Part shown: positions 50,911 to 59,044 of the stretch, one piece after another | Layout of the letters: each line of letters starts with the position of its first letter | Numbering within the stretch: position 1 is the first letter of the stretch | Assembly: GCA_963677925.2 (NCBI GenBank) | Contig: CAXXYH010000003.1 | Span: 1,984,001-2,048,000 of the forward strand | From: Spirochaetia bacterium | Lineage (GTDB): Bacteria; Spirochaetota; Spirochaetia; UBA9216 | Length of the DNA: 64,000 nucleotides | Direction: 5' to 3' | The notes under the pieces: generated by a model | Database searches by the model: none | Seen by the model: the letters and a program-made list of their open reading frames with translations, nothing else | Told to the model about the DNA's origin: nothing | Position numbers and translations under genes: made by a program

Positions 50911-53900
50911 TCAGGCTGATACAATTTCAACAGCATCACGCAGGTAGAAAAGCCTGCACTCAGCCGGTTTGGAGAAAATACTGCTGGCAGCCCGGACATA
51001 GAGCTGCATCTGGGTACTGTATTCCTCAGGCAGACAGTAGCGGTCGGTCTTGAAATCCACAACAATTACCCGGTCTGACAGTTCAATAACAAGGTCCATA
51101 ATTCCGTTTACAGTTATCTCCCGGCCCTCATTCTCAGCAAGCAGTGTAAAGGCAAGTTCCGACTCAATATTTAAAGCAGCCGCTGCGGCCTCCCATACAT
51201 CGGAGCCGAAGAAACCGTCGGATATACGGAGAGCCTCGGCATAGACTGTCGGCCAGTCTTTTTCATTAATTTCACCGAACTGCGGCTGAAGCTCAGTCGA
51301 AGTGTAATCGGCCTTCTTAATCCGGTACTCGATAATCCGGTGGCAAAGTGTTCCAAATGAGGCCTCAAGTCCCGATTCTGCAATAATTGACGAGGCGGGT
51401 TCACTAAGCTCTGAAAGCATTTTCTCTTCAGAATACGCTGTTTGACTCTTTAATTCAGCGTTCAGACCTGTTGCCGAATACTGATACTTCGGCCGGCTGA
51501 AATCAAGAGGTGACCGCTGCCTGTACTGACTGATAACCATTGCATCATCGGGTGCTTCAGAGGCTCCGGCCTCGGTTCTCTCAAACCATTTGCGATCCCT
51601 GATTTCCTCAACTGTGAAAAGATCCTGATCGGCATCAAAAACCGTCTCGGAGCTCATTCCGGCCGAGGCAAGAAATATATTAAGCATTGAGGCGGGAGAA
51701 TTCCTGTTCTGCCTGCCGTGACAGCCTGAAATAACAAGATGGTTCCCGGCCCTTGTGAGCGCAACATAGAAAAGCCTCCGAAGTTCTGCTTCCTCACGGG
51801 CCTTACGTTCAGTTTTTCCAAGGGTGTAGAAATAATTACAGCGGGAACGGCCCTTTCCTGAGGTATCGGGAGCAACAAGGTTGAATGACAGACCGTATTT
51901 TTCAGAAATGCAGGCAGGCATCGAACTTCCGGTATCATTCATACCTGTATTGCCGGAGTTGGCAATTATCACTATCGGAAACTCCAGCCCCTTTGACTGA
52001 TGAACCGGCATCATCCGCACACCGCCTGTGGAATATTTCAGAATATTGAGATCGTTAACCTTGCGGTATTCACCGAGATTCTCACGCAGATAATCAAGAA
52101 AGACTGCAGCAGTCTCGGAACGATCATCCGCCTGAGCAGCAAGGGTCCGCAGATAGTCAAAGTATTCCAGATAGCCGCTGTATTCCGGATTCGCAAGCAG
52201 GATGTATCTGTAACCCGACTTGAACCACAGTGCTGAGACTATATCTGCGAGCGGAACACGATCCAGGGATGATGATATTTCAGAATAAAGCGCGGCCGCC
52301 TTCCTGTACTTCAGAAGATCATCCCCGCTGCTGCAGAGGCTCTCATTCCCATCAGTAAAAACGGGATTTTCAGAAAGCATCAGGCTTATAAAGCTTTTAT
52401 CTGAAAGATTCATGAAGGGAGAGCGGATTACCGCAGCCGACGCTGCCCGATCCTGCGGGTAGAGGCAGATCTGCAGAAAGCTGTAGATATCGTTAACCGG
52501 AGCCTCCTGAAAGAGAGTTCTGGTTGAGTGAACATCGTATGGAATAGACATTGCCCTGAAAACTTTCTCGTAGGTTTTCTGGTTGGCTCCGGATCTGAAA
52601 AGTACAGCATAATCATGATAGGCAGCCTTTCTGAGCTCACCCTTTTCAGAGACATCCAGAACACCGACGGTCTTTTTTATATACTCGGCAATACTCCAGG
52701 CTTCTGCCTCATCGTGATGAACATCATCATCTTCGGGGCTCTGATTCCATGGTTTATACAGAAGCCGGATATCAGGAGCTTTATTCAGAGGCCCAAGTCC
52801 TGGTTCAAGTGCTTCGAAAGCAGCCTGATAGTCCTCGGAACTTTCGCTCATGGCATTGCTGAAAACATTGTTGAAAAACCCGATAAGGCCCGGATCGCTT
52901 CGATAGTTCCGTTTCAGAGATAGGGCCTGCCCTCCTGCTTCAGCCAGTTCGCTGCTCAGCTGTTTAAACACACTGACATCTGCTCCCCGGAACATGTAGA
53001 TTGACTGCTTTTCATCACCGACAAAGAAGAGTTTCCCCGGATCCAGATCAGCAGTCCCGGGGATCCCGTCGGCCTCCTGACCTTCTTTCTCTGCAAGCAG
53101 ATAGAGCAGATCCTTCTGAACACTGTTGTTATCCTGAAACTCATCTATCATGATGAATTTGAAAAGACTTTTATAGTAGCGGCGCAGATTCTTATCCTGC
53201 TTAAGGCCTTCTACCGCAATACTCTGAACATCCCCAAAGCTTAGAATCCCGCTGAGCCGTTTTTTTCTGAACAAATGGGTCTGAAATTCCTGAGTAAGGG
53301 CAAAAAGTTTCTCAATAAGCTCCCGGCTGTCCAGCATACCGGTAATTTCATTGACTATGGACAGGAGACTTCTTATTTCATCGACGTATTCCTTGAAACT
53401 TACGAACTCTTCCTTTTTTGAGGAGCCGCGCGGCTTTTCAGTTTTAACCGTGGCCAGATATTTAAGCAGACCCGGGTAATCAGCATTCGCGGTAAGCTCA
53501 GTAATAATCTCCATATCGGGAAGGCTGGCAGCAGCGGTTTTCATACTTTCTGTTACAGGCTCAAGGGCCGCGGCATTTGCAGTAAATTCAGAAAGCCTCC
53601 GGACGGCTGTTTTCAGATCGTTTTCGGCGGTATGCATCTGCTTCTGAAAGATATCGGAAAAATCCAGCGGATTTCCGATTGAAAAACATGCCGAAGAAAG
53701 CCATTCAAAATATTCATGCCATACCTTTTCAAATCCGTTGATATAGATGAACTCCGCAAGGGCCTTGTCATCATTGTGACTCAGAATAAACTCAAGCCCT
53801 GCGGCCCCGGACAGTTCGGAAGCAAGGCCCTCATCGGTCACAAAGCCAGGTGCAATCCCGAACATGCCGCAGCAGTCGCGTGCAATACGCGAGCAGAAGC

Positions 53901-54186
53901 TGTCCAGCGTTGATATAACGGCCTTGTCAAATGAAGCGGCGGCATCGGCCACTCTTTGGTTCGAACGGTCAGAAGACATGAGCCTGTATATTCTTTCATA
54001 CATTTCAGCCGCAGCCTTGCGGGTAAAAGTCAGTGTAAGAATCTCCGAAACATCTGCACGGCCTTCGGCCACAAGCCGCAGGAAGCGCAGGGCAAGAACT
54101 GTTGTCTTGCCCGATCCGGCGCCCGCAGAGACTACCGAGTTAGTATTGGAATCTATTACAGCCTGCTGGTAAATATCGGGTTTCAT
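50911..54186 (-). CDS. addA: AddA-like UvrD helicase / PD-(D/E)XK nuclease
   Basis: AGAGSGKT, TFTRKAA, IDEFQD, VGDEKQSIYMFRGA, NYRS, HQSKGLEF, YVALTRA. C-terminal nuclease GIMDL..VDFKT..QMQLY. Confidence 0.9.
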   Translation of the reverse strand: MKPDIYQQAVIDSNTNSVVSAGAGSGKTTVLALRFLRLVAEGRADVSEILTLTFTRKAAAEMYERIYRLMSSDRSNQRVADAAASFDKAVISTLDSFCSRIARDCCGMFGIAPGFVTDEGLASELSGAAGLEFILSHNDDKALAEFIYINGFEKVWHEYFEWLSSACFSIGNPLDFSDIFQKQMHTAENDLKTAVRRLSEFTANAAALEPVTESMKTAAASLPDMEIITELTANADYPGLLKYLATVKTEKPRGSSKKEEFVSFKEYVDEIRSLLSIVNEITGMLDSRELIEKLFALTQEFQTHLFRKKRLSGILSFGDVQSIAVEGLKQDKNLRRYYKSLFKFIMIDEFQDNNSVQKDLLYLLAEKEGQEADGIPGTADLDPGKLFFVGDEKQSIYMFRGADVSVFKQLSSELAEAGGQALSLKRNYRSDPGLIGFFNNVFSNAMSESSEDYQAAFEALEPGLGPLNKAPDIRLLYKPWNQSPEDDDVHHDEAEAWSIAEYIKKTVGVLDVSEKGELRKAAYHDYAVLFRSGANQKTYEKVFRAMSIPYDVHSTRTLFQEAPVNDIYSFLQICLYPQDRAASAAVIRSPFMNLSDKSFISLMLSENPVFTDGNESLCSSGDDLLKYRKAAALYSEISSSLDRVPLADIVSALWFKSGYRYILLANPEYSGYLEYFDYLRTLAAQADDRSETAAVFLDYLRENLGEYRKVNDLNILKYSTGGVRMMPVHQSKGLEFPIVIIANSGNTGMNDTGSSMPACISEKYGLSFNLVAPDTSGKGRSRCNYFYTLGKTERKAREEAELRRLFYVALTRAGNHLVISGCHGRQNRNSPASMLNIFLASAGMSSETVFDADQDLFTVEEIRDRKWFERTEAGASEAPDDAMVISQYRQRSPLDFSRPKYQYSATGLNAELKSQTAYSEEKMLSELSEPASSIIAESGLEASFGTLCHRIIEYRIKKADYTSTELQPQFGEINEKDWPTVYAEALRISDGFFGSDVWEAAAAALNIESELAFTLLAENEGREITVNGIMDLVIELSDRVIVVDFKTDRYCLPEEYSTQMQLYVRAASSIFSKPAECRLFYLRDAVEIVSA

Positions 54187-56924
54187 TATTTTCGGCCTCC
54201 AAACCTGACTGCGTATTTGCGGCGGCAGACGGGGTAAAAATCACAGCCGCTGCAGCGTTCGGGAGCGGTGAATATTCCTTCTCTTACCGATTTTCCCATC
54301 CTGATAATTTCATTCATCGTCAGGCGGCAGAGCGCTTCAGCCTGTTCTGCATCCAGAATTCCGGCCTCACCGGATACCTGAAAATGCTCGGCAGAGGTCA
54401 CGCTGTAATAGGATGTTGAATCAACCTCAAAACCGGCCTGCCTGGCAAGGATGATATAAAATGGAATCTGGTATCCGATAGGCGGCTTCATCAGCGCTCC
54501 CGACTCATCAAGGCTGAAATAGTCTGCAGTCTTCTTCTTTTTCCAGTTCCGCTTGTAGTCAATAACAGCAGCCCTGCCGGCTTTTACAGAGATCCTGTCA
54601 GTACGGCCTGCGGCCTTTATATTCTCACCGGGAATTTCGTACTCAAGCCAGTCTTCAATCAGCGCAGGAGTATAGCCGTCATAGAGGGCACCCTCCGCTT
54701 CAGGCATCCGTGACATGTATTCAAGAGCCCTTCTGCAGGCGGTATCCCAGGCAGGACCGAAGAAGTAATTCGCCCTTTTCTCCCAGTCCTCAAAAACAGT
54801 CCTGGCGGAGGTCCTTATCAATTCACGGTATTCATCCCGTTTTTCAACAGAAAAAGCCTGTCCCGATTCTTTAAGAAGAGTAAAGAAATGCCCCAGGATT
54901 TCATGAAGAAGCTCACCGTCGGTAAAGGGGTCTTCAACCTGCAGGACATACTCATCCGCACGGACCCCGAGTAAATCAGCCAGCAGATAACTGTAGGGAC
55001 AGTTTGTCCAGCGGTTGAGTGTTGTGGCCGATATTTTCAGATTCAGATCTTCACCGTAACGCCTTGCTATACAGGCTCCGGCAAGATCGGAATCCTGCAG
55101 AGGGGTGAAGGTAAAATCATCGGAAGCCGGAAGCAGCCCTGTTGCCGCCGAGTAATCAAAGCCGTCAGCCTGTGACTTCATAAGCGGCCAGTCGACTCCG
55201 AAATCTCCGTACCACCAGGATGTTTCAAGCTGTTCCGGGTCTGAAAAAACAGTACCGGCCTCCCCCTGCGCTCCGGAATCTTCGGAAAAAGCAATCCGGT
55301 CAACTGAACCGGCTGAAATAAAATATGCCGGGGCCAGGGCTACACCTGAGAAGGTCTCAGCCGCTCCGGAAATTACCGGACTATCTCCGCTTTTTGAATA
55401 AATCCGCAGGAAGGCTTCAGTCATATTATTTTCCTGAAGCTTCAGTCCCCTTCTTATCTGATCACCGAGGAAGGGCAACGGAACAGACACTACAGCAGAG
55501 TTCTCATGATTGAGTCCTGCAATAAAGTGATATTTCGGCCTTATACCCGCGGAAACCCTGTACCTGTACAGCGGAATGGCTTCTGCATCAGCCTGACTTA
55601 CATAAATCTTTTCCTTCAAAACCTCAATCCACAGTCCAAGCGGATCCCTGATGCTGATTCCCTCAAGGGCGTTTTCGGCATCCTGGAGTGAGGAGAGGAC
55701 CTCTCTTGTTCTCTGAAAAACCTTCAGGGTTTCAGGGTCCCAGAGCTCTTCATCGGTTTCAAGAAAGGTGCTGATGAATATCTGCATCTCGTCGCTGAGT
55801 TTTTTCAGGCTGCCGGCTTTTACAACTGCTGTAATTCTCTTTTTAAGTTTGAGGTAAAAATCCTTCAGCTCCCACCGCTTCATATTGCTCAGCCGCTGCT
55901 CCCAGACATCGCCATTACTTCCGGGACCGAAGTTGCGCAGACAGCGGTTCTCAATTCCGAAGCGGATAAGAGCGTCTGCAGTTTCTTTTTCCTTCCAGAG
56001 AAAGGCCCGGAACAGCAGAAGCACCTTCATTGATGCTATATCAAAGCTTCCTGAATAGCAGGACCGGATAAGTTCGGGAAGACGGCCGCCGGGCAGCTCA
56101 CCTACCGGTGTACCGCTTCTTACACTCAGCGGAATCCCGTAACGTCCGGCCTTGGAAACCATGTAAGCGGCAAGCGCCTCATCCGGACATGTCACCGCTA
56201 TGTCCTGATAGCGCAGCCCCTGCTGCAGCAGACCCGAAATACCGGCAAGAACTTCATCGCCTTCAATTGCCGAGTTGTCATAAAAACGGTAGCGGCAGTC
56301 CGCAGCCCCTGAGTCAGAAACAAAGCTGCAGCCGGAGGCGGCCAGAACGCTCCGGTATTCTTCAAAGTCTTCGATAAGTTCGGGGAATACTATGTAGTAT
56401 TTTTTATCCGGAGTGCTGATATCCGGCATCTCCCAGCCGGGCTCAAAGAGGCTGTTTTTCTCAAGAACAGAAGAATATTCCTCGTACAGTCTCATATAAT
56501 CATCCGACAGACCGTCACCGGCGGCTTCGCGGAACAGAGCCTCATTCGCATTGAAGGCATCAGCAAAACGCTTAAGTCCCGGAAGAACCCTGACAAGCTG
56601 ATCGGCAAAACCGGAAGCAACTTCGTCAAAACCCGAGGGGAGTATATATCTGTATACCGGAGCCTGTGAAATATTTCGTGCAAGCAGGTCTGCACAGAAA
56701 AGCTTGCGGTGAATTGAGTTTACCGGTCTCTCAATTCTGTCATGCAGGGTCACCGATTCCTTAAAACTGTCCCATGATAAAAACACATCGTTGCGTACAG
56801 CATCAGTCTGAAGGAGTTTCAGAGCCTTTATCCTCCAGCTGACTACAGCAGCCTCTGAAGGAAAAACATAAACAGCCCCGCCGGCTATACCTTCGCGAAT
56901 CAGCAATTCCTCGATTTTTTTCAT
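54186..56924 (-). CDS. addB: AddB-like PD-(D/E)XK nuclease subunit with Fe-S cysteines
   Basis: SATTLNRWTNCPY, GRTDRI, IDYK, QIPFY, CSGCDFYPVC. TAATG overlap with addA. Confidence 0.82.
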   Translation of the reverse strand: MKKIEELLIREGIAGGAVYVFPSEAAVVSWRIKALKLLQTDAVRNDVFLSWDSFKESVTLHDRIERPVNSIHRKLFCADLLARNISQAPVYRYILPSGFDEVASGFADQLVRVLPGLKRFADAFNANEALFREAAGDGLSDDYMRLYEEYSSVLEKNSLFEPGWEMPDISTPDKKYYIVFPELIEDFEEYRSVLAASGCSFVSDSGAADCRYRFYDNSAIEGDEVLAGISGLLQQGLRYQDIAVTCPDEALAAYMVSKAGRYGIPLSVRSGTPVGELPGGRLPELIRSCYSGSFDIASMKVLLLFRAFLWKEKETADALIRFGIENRCLRNFGPGSNGDVWEQRLSNMKRWELKDFYLKLKKRITAVVKAGSLKKLSDEMQIFISTFLETDEELWDPETLKVFQRTREVLSSLQDAENALEGISIRDPLGLWIEVLKEKIYVSQADAEAIPLYRYRVSAGIRPKYHFIAGLNHENSAVVSVPLPFLGDQIRRGLKLQENNMTEAFLRIYSKSGDSPVISGAAETFSGVALAPAYFISAGSVDRIAFSEDSGAQGEAGTVFSDPEQLETSWWYGDFGVDWPLMKSQADGFDYSAATGLLPASDDFTFTPLQDSDLAGACIARRYGEDLNLKISATTLNRWTNCPYSYLLADLLGVRADEYVLQVEDPFTDGELLHEILGHFFTLLKESGQAFSVEKRDEYRELIRTSARTVFEDWEKRANYFFGPAWDTACRRALEYMSRMPEAEGALYDGYTPALIEDWLEYEIPGENIKAAGRTDRISVKAGRAAVIDYKRNWKKKKTADYFSLDESGALMKPPIGYQIPFYIILARQAGFEVDSTSYYSVTSAEHFQVSGEAGILDAEQAEALCRLTMNEIIRMGKSVREGIFTAPERCSGCDFYPVCRRKYAVRFGGRK

Positions 56925-56930
56925 TGCAAC

Positions 56931-56980
56931 ATTCTAACATAAAACAGGTTCTTGACTATACTATTGATTATCGTTTTAAT
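56931..56980. promoter_or_regulatory. Back-to-back promoters for addB and the cyclase-like pair
   Basis: Minus strand: TG-n-TAGAAT, 6 nt before the addB ATG. Plus strand: TTGACT-17-TTTAAT (weak -10), 7 nt before the ATG at 56988. Confidence 0.45.
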
Positions 56981-56987
56981 AATGAAG

Positions 56988-57917
56988 ATGCGTATCCCCA
57001 ACAGTACTATCACATTTTGCGTTAAGGCGTTATCGCAGTCCATGGACAACAGGACTATGTCAACGCTGACAAGAAGATTAATCCCGGGTTATGATCTTCA
57101 CCAGAGAACCGGAATCCCTTCAAGCGTTGCCATACCGAACCAGAACGCGGCACGCCAGGTTGTAAAAGATATAATTGCCTGCAATCTCTTTCTTGATTTC
57201 GTCCTTCTTCTTATAAATTTCAGTGACCAGGGAAAGGGCATTGCCGGCAGGAAAATCGCCATACCCTATCTCAGGCAGATACTCAACTCCGTATACCAGC
57301 TTGGATACATCTATGATCCCAGCAGCAGAATGTTCCTGGAAAACCCCGCGGTTAGAAAAACCAGAAACTGGGGAACACTGAAAAACAATGTAGAGTATAC
57401 GATTGCATTTCTGCGGATAGATATTGCCGGAAATACAAAGCTTGTTAGAAAGCACGGCGCCGATCAGATCAGGGAATCCTACCGGACGCTCCGCGGAATT
57501 GTAACCCGTGCTGTTGATAAAAGAAACGGCCGTGTCTGGGGATGGGACGGAGACGGCGGACTGGCCGCCTTCTGTTTCGGCAATATGAATGAAACGGCAG
57601 TACTGGCCGCACTTGAAGTAATCCATGAACTTTTTCTTTATAATCACACCGACTGCCCGGTAGACGACGGTATACATGTCAGAATAGCTGTGCACAGCGG
57701 CCCCTTTGAATACACATCCGGCAGTGAAGAGATCCAGCAGGCCGAAACGGTTAAAAAAGTTAATTCCATCGAAAAAAATCAGGCAGAAACAGACTCTGTT
57801 ACAACCAGCCAGGCTGTCAACGTAATGCTTGAACCGCTTACAGCCAGGCAGTTCGACAGCTTCAAGGCCAAGGATAACAGGGTCTATTACCGCTACAAAC
57901 TGGAGTTAGCAGACTGA
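56988..57917 (+). CDS. Degenerate class III nucleotidyl cyclase-fold protein A (metal-binding Asp residues retained)
   Basis: FLRIDIAGNT, GRVWGWDGDGGLAAF and VRIAVHSG, preceded by an unrecognised N-terminal domain. The track's TTG at 56952 coincides with a -35 box. Confidence 0.75.
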   Translation: MRIPNSTITFCVKALSQSMDNRTMSTLTRRLIPGYDLHQRTGIPSSVAIPNQNAARQVVKDIIACNLFLDFVLLLINFSDQGKGIAGRKIAIPYLRQILNSVYQLGYIYDPSSRMFLENPAVRKTRNWGTLKNNVEYTIAFLRIDIAGNTKLVRKHGADQIRESYRTLRGIVTRAVDKRNGRVWGWDGDGGLAAFCFGNMNETAVLAALEVIHELFLYNHTDCPVDDGIHVRIAVHSGPFEYTSGSEEIQQAETVKKVNSIEKNQAETDSVTTSQAVNVMLEPLTARQFDSFKAKDNRVYYRYKLELAD

Positions 57918-58912
57918 TGCCGGAAATCATTATTTTTTCAGATATACGCGGGAAACTCAAATGTTTTGAGAGCTTTGAAAAGAAAAAGGATTATACTCTT
58001 ACCTACTGCATGCTTAATGAGATGCGTAAAATACTGAAGGCTCCATCATCAGATAATGTATATGTATATGATTACGCATCCGGGAGCGATACATCGGCGC
58101 TAAAGGATCTGAAATACATTCTTAAAAAAGAAGGTTTTCCCCTGCTGGTAGTAGACCGGAAAAACCAGATTGAAGATCCTGCCGGAATCATCTTCAAAGG
58201 TTTTGATTACATCAGTTCAGGCATGTACCGCAGCGGATATAAACCTGCAAGACTTAAACAGTATCTTGAGTTCAGGGCACAGGACCCGGAATTTGTAGAC
58301 AAGGAACCCTCACCGGCTCCGCAGGGCTGTTCAGAGCCTTCATACAGCGGTGTCGACTGGAAAAACATTAGAAGCGGCCGGGAATACACCTTCTTCATGC
58401 TGTATACCGAAATAAGAATAACCGCCGAGATGAAAAAGAAATCAGGAGCCGAATTTCTCACCAGAATGATTCAGGTCTTCCAGACTACAGTTGAGCGAAC
58501 CGTAACAGACTATGGAGGAAGGATATGGATCTGGAACGATTACGGCGGTCTTGCCCTCTTCCCCTATAACGGGGACACAACCGCACCTGTACTGGCTGCT
58601 GTCAAGCTTTTCATAAACAGGTTTACACTGAGTATTGAAGAGTTCGGGATGCATGATGCTGTGAGTTTCAGAGCGGCTATGCATCTTGGTAAGACCACTT
58701 ATAAAAGCCGCGGGAAAACAGGAACAATAATTTCGGATTCAATAAACTCTATTTACCATCTCGGAGCAAAATATACGGAGCCTGATCACTTCACCATTAC
58801 AGAGGAAGTTTACTCCGTGCTTACAAATAGAATGGCTGCTCTTTTCAGGAAAAACGGCGAATTTGAAGACCGGAGGATCTATCTTTTCAGGGACTTTAAA
58901 AGACCCTGCTGA
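57917..58912 (+). CDS. Degenerate class III nucleotidyl cyclase-fold protein B with a receiver-like N-terminus
   Basis: MLYTEIR, GGRIWIWNDYGGLALF, FRAAMHLG, GTIISDSINSIYHL. TGATG overlap with gene A. Confidence 0.7.
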   Translation: MPEIIIFSDIRGKLKCFESFEKKKDYTLTYCMLNEMRKILKAPSSDNVYVYDYASGSDTSALKDLKYILKKEGFPLLVVDRKNQIEDPAGIIFKGFDYISSGMYRSGYKPARLKQYLEFRAQDPEFVDKEPSPAPQGCSEPSYSGVDWKNIRSGREYTFFMLYTEIRITAEMKKKSGAEFLTRMIQVFQTTVERTVTDYGGRIWIWNDYGGLALFPYNGDTTAPVLAAVKLFINRFTLSIEEFGMHDAVSFRAAMHLGKTTYKSRGKTGTIISDSINSIYHLGAKYTEPDHFTITEEVYSVLTNRMAALFRKNGEFEDRRIYLFRDFKRPC

Positions 58913-58921
58913 CAGACTGTA

Positions 58922-58950
58922 TTGACAGCAGAAAGATGTTCTGGTATATT
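58922..58950 (+). promoter_or_regulatory. Sigma70 promoter of tRNA-Ala
   Basis: TTGACA, 17 bp, TATATT with a TG extension, 11 nt before the tRNA. Confidence 0.7.
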
Positions 58951-58961
58951 TCCGAACAGTC

Positions 58962-59035
58962 GGGGGTGTAGCTCAGTTGGCTAGAGCGCGTGAATGGCAT
59001 TCACGAGGTCAGGGGTTCGATTCCCCTCACCTCCA
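58962..59035 (+). tRNA. tRNA-Ala(GGC), CCA not encoded
   Basis: Cloverleaf with acceptor GGGGGTG/CACCTCC carrying G3:U70, D arm GCTC/GAGC, anticodon arm CGTGA-ATGGCAT-TCACG and T arm AGGGG-TTCGATT-CCCCT. Confidence 0.97.
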
Positions 59036-59044
59036 GTACAAAAA

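Noticed and set aside
54186-55100. Cas4-like nuclease motifs suggesting CRISPR-Cas
   Set aside because: This is the C-terminal AddB nuclease domain. No cas1/cas2 or repeat-spacer array was seen.
56988-58912. Pycsar anti-phage system call for the cyclase-like pair
   Set aside because: There is no adjacent TM or TIR cNMP effector gene and the context is housekeeping, so it was kept only as an uncharacterised cyclase-like pair.
58994-59044. N-terminal extension of the 563-aa ORF
   Set aside because: It lies inside tRNA-Ala. The ATG at 59045 is the plausible start.
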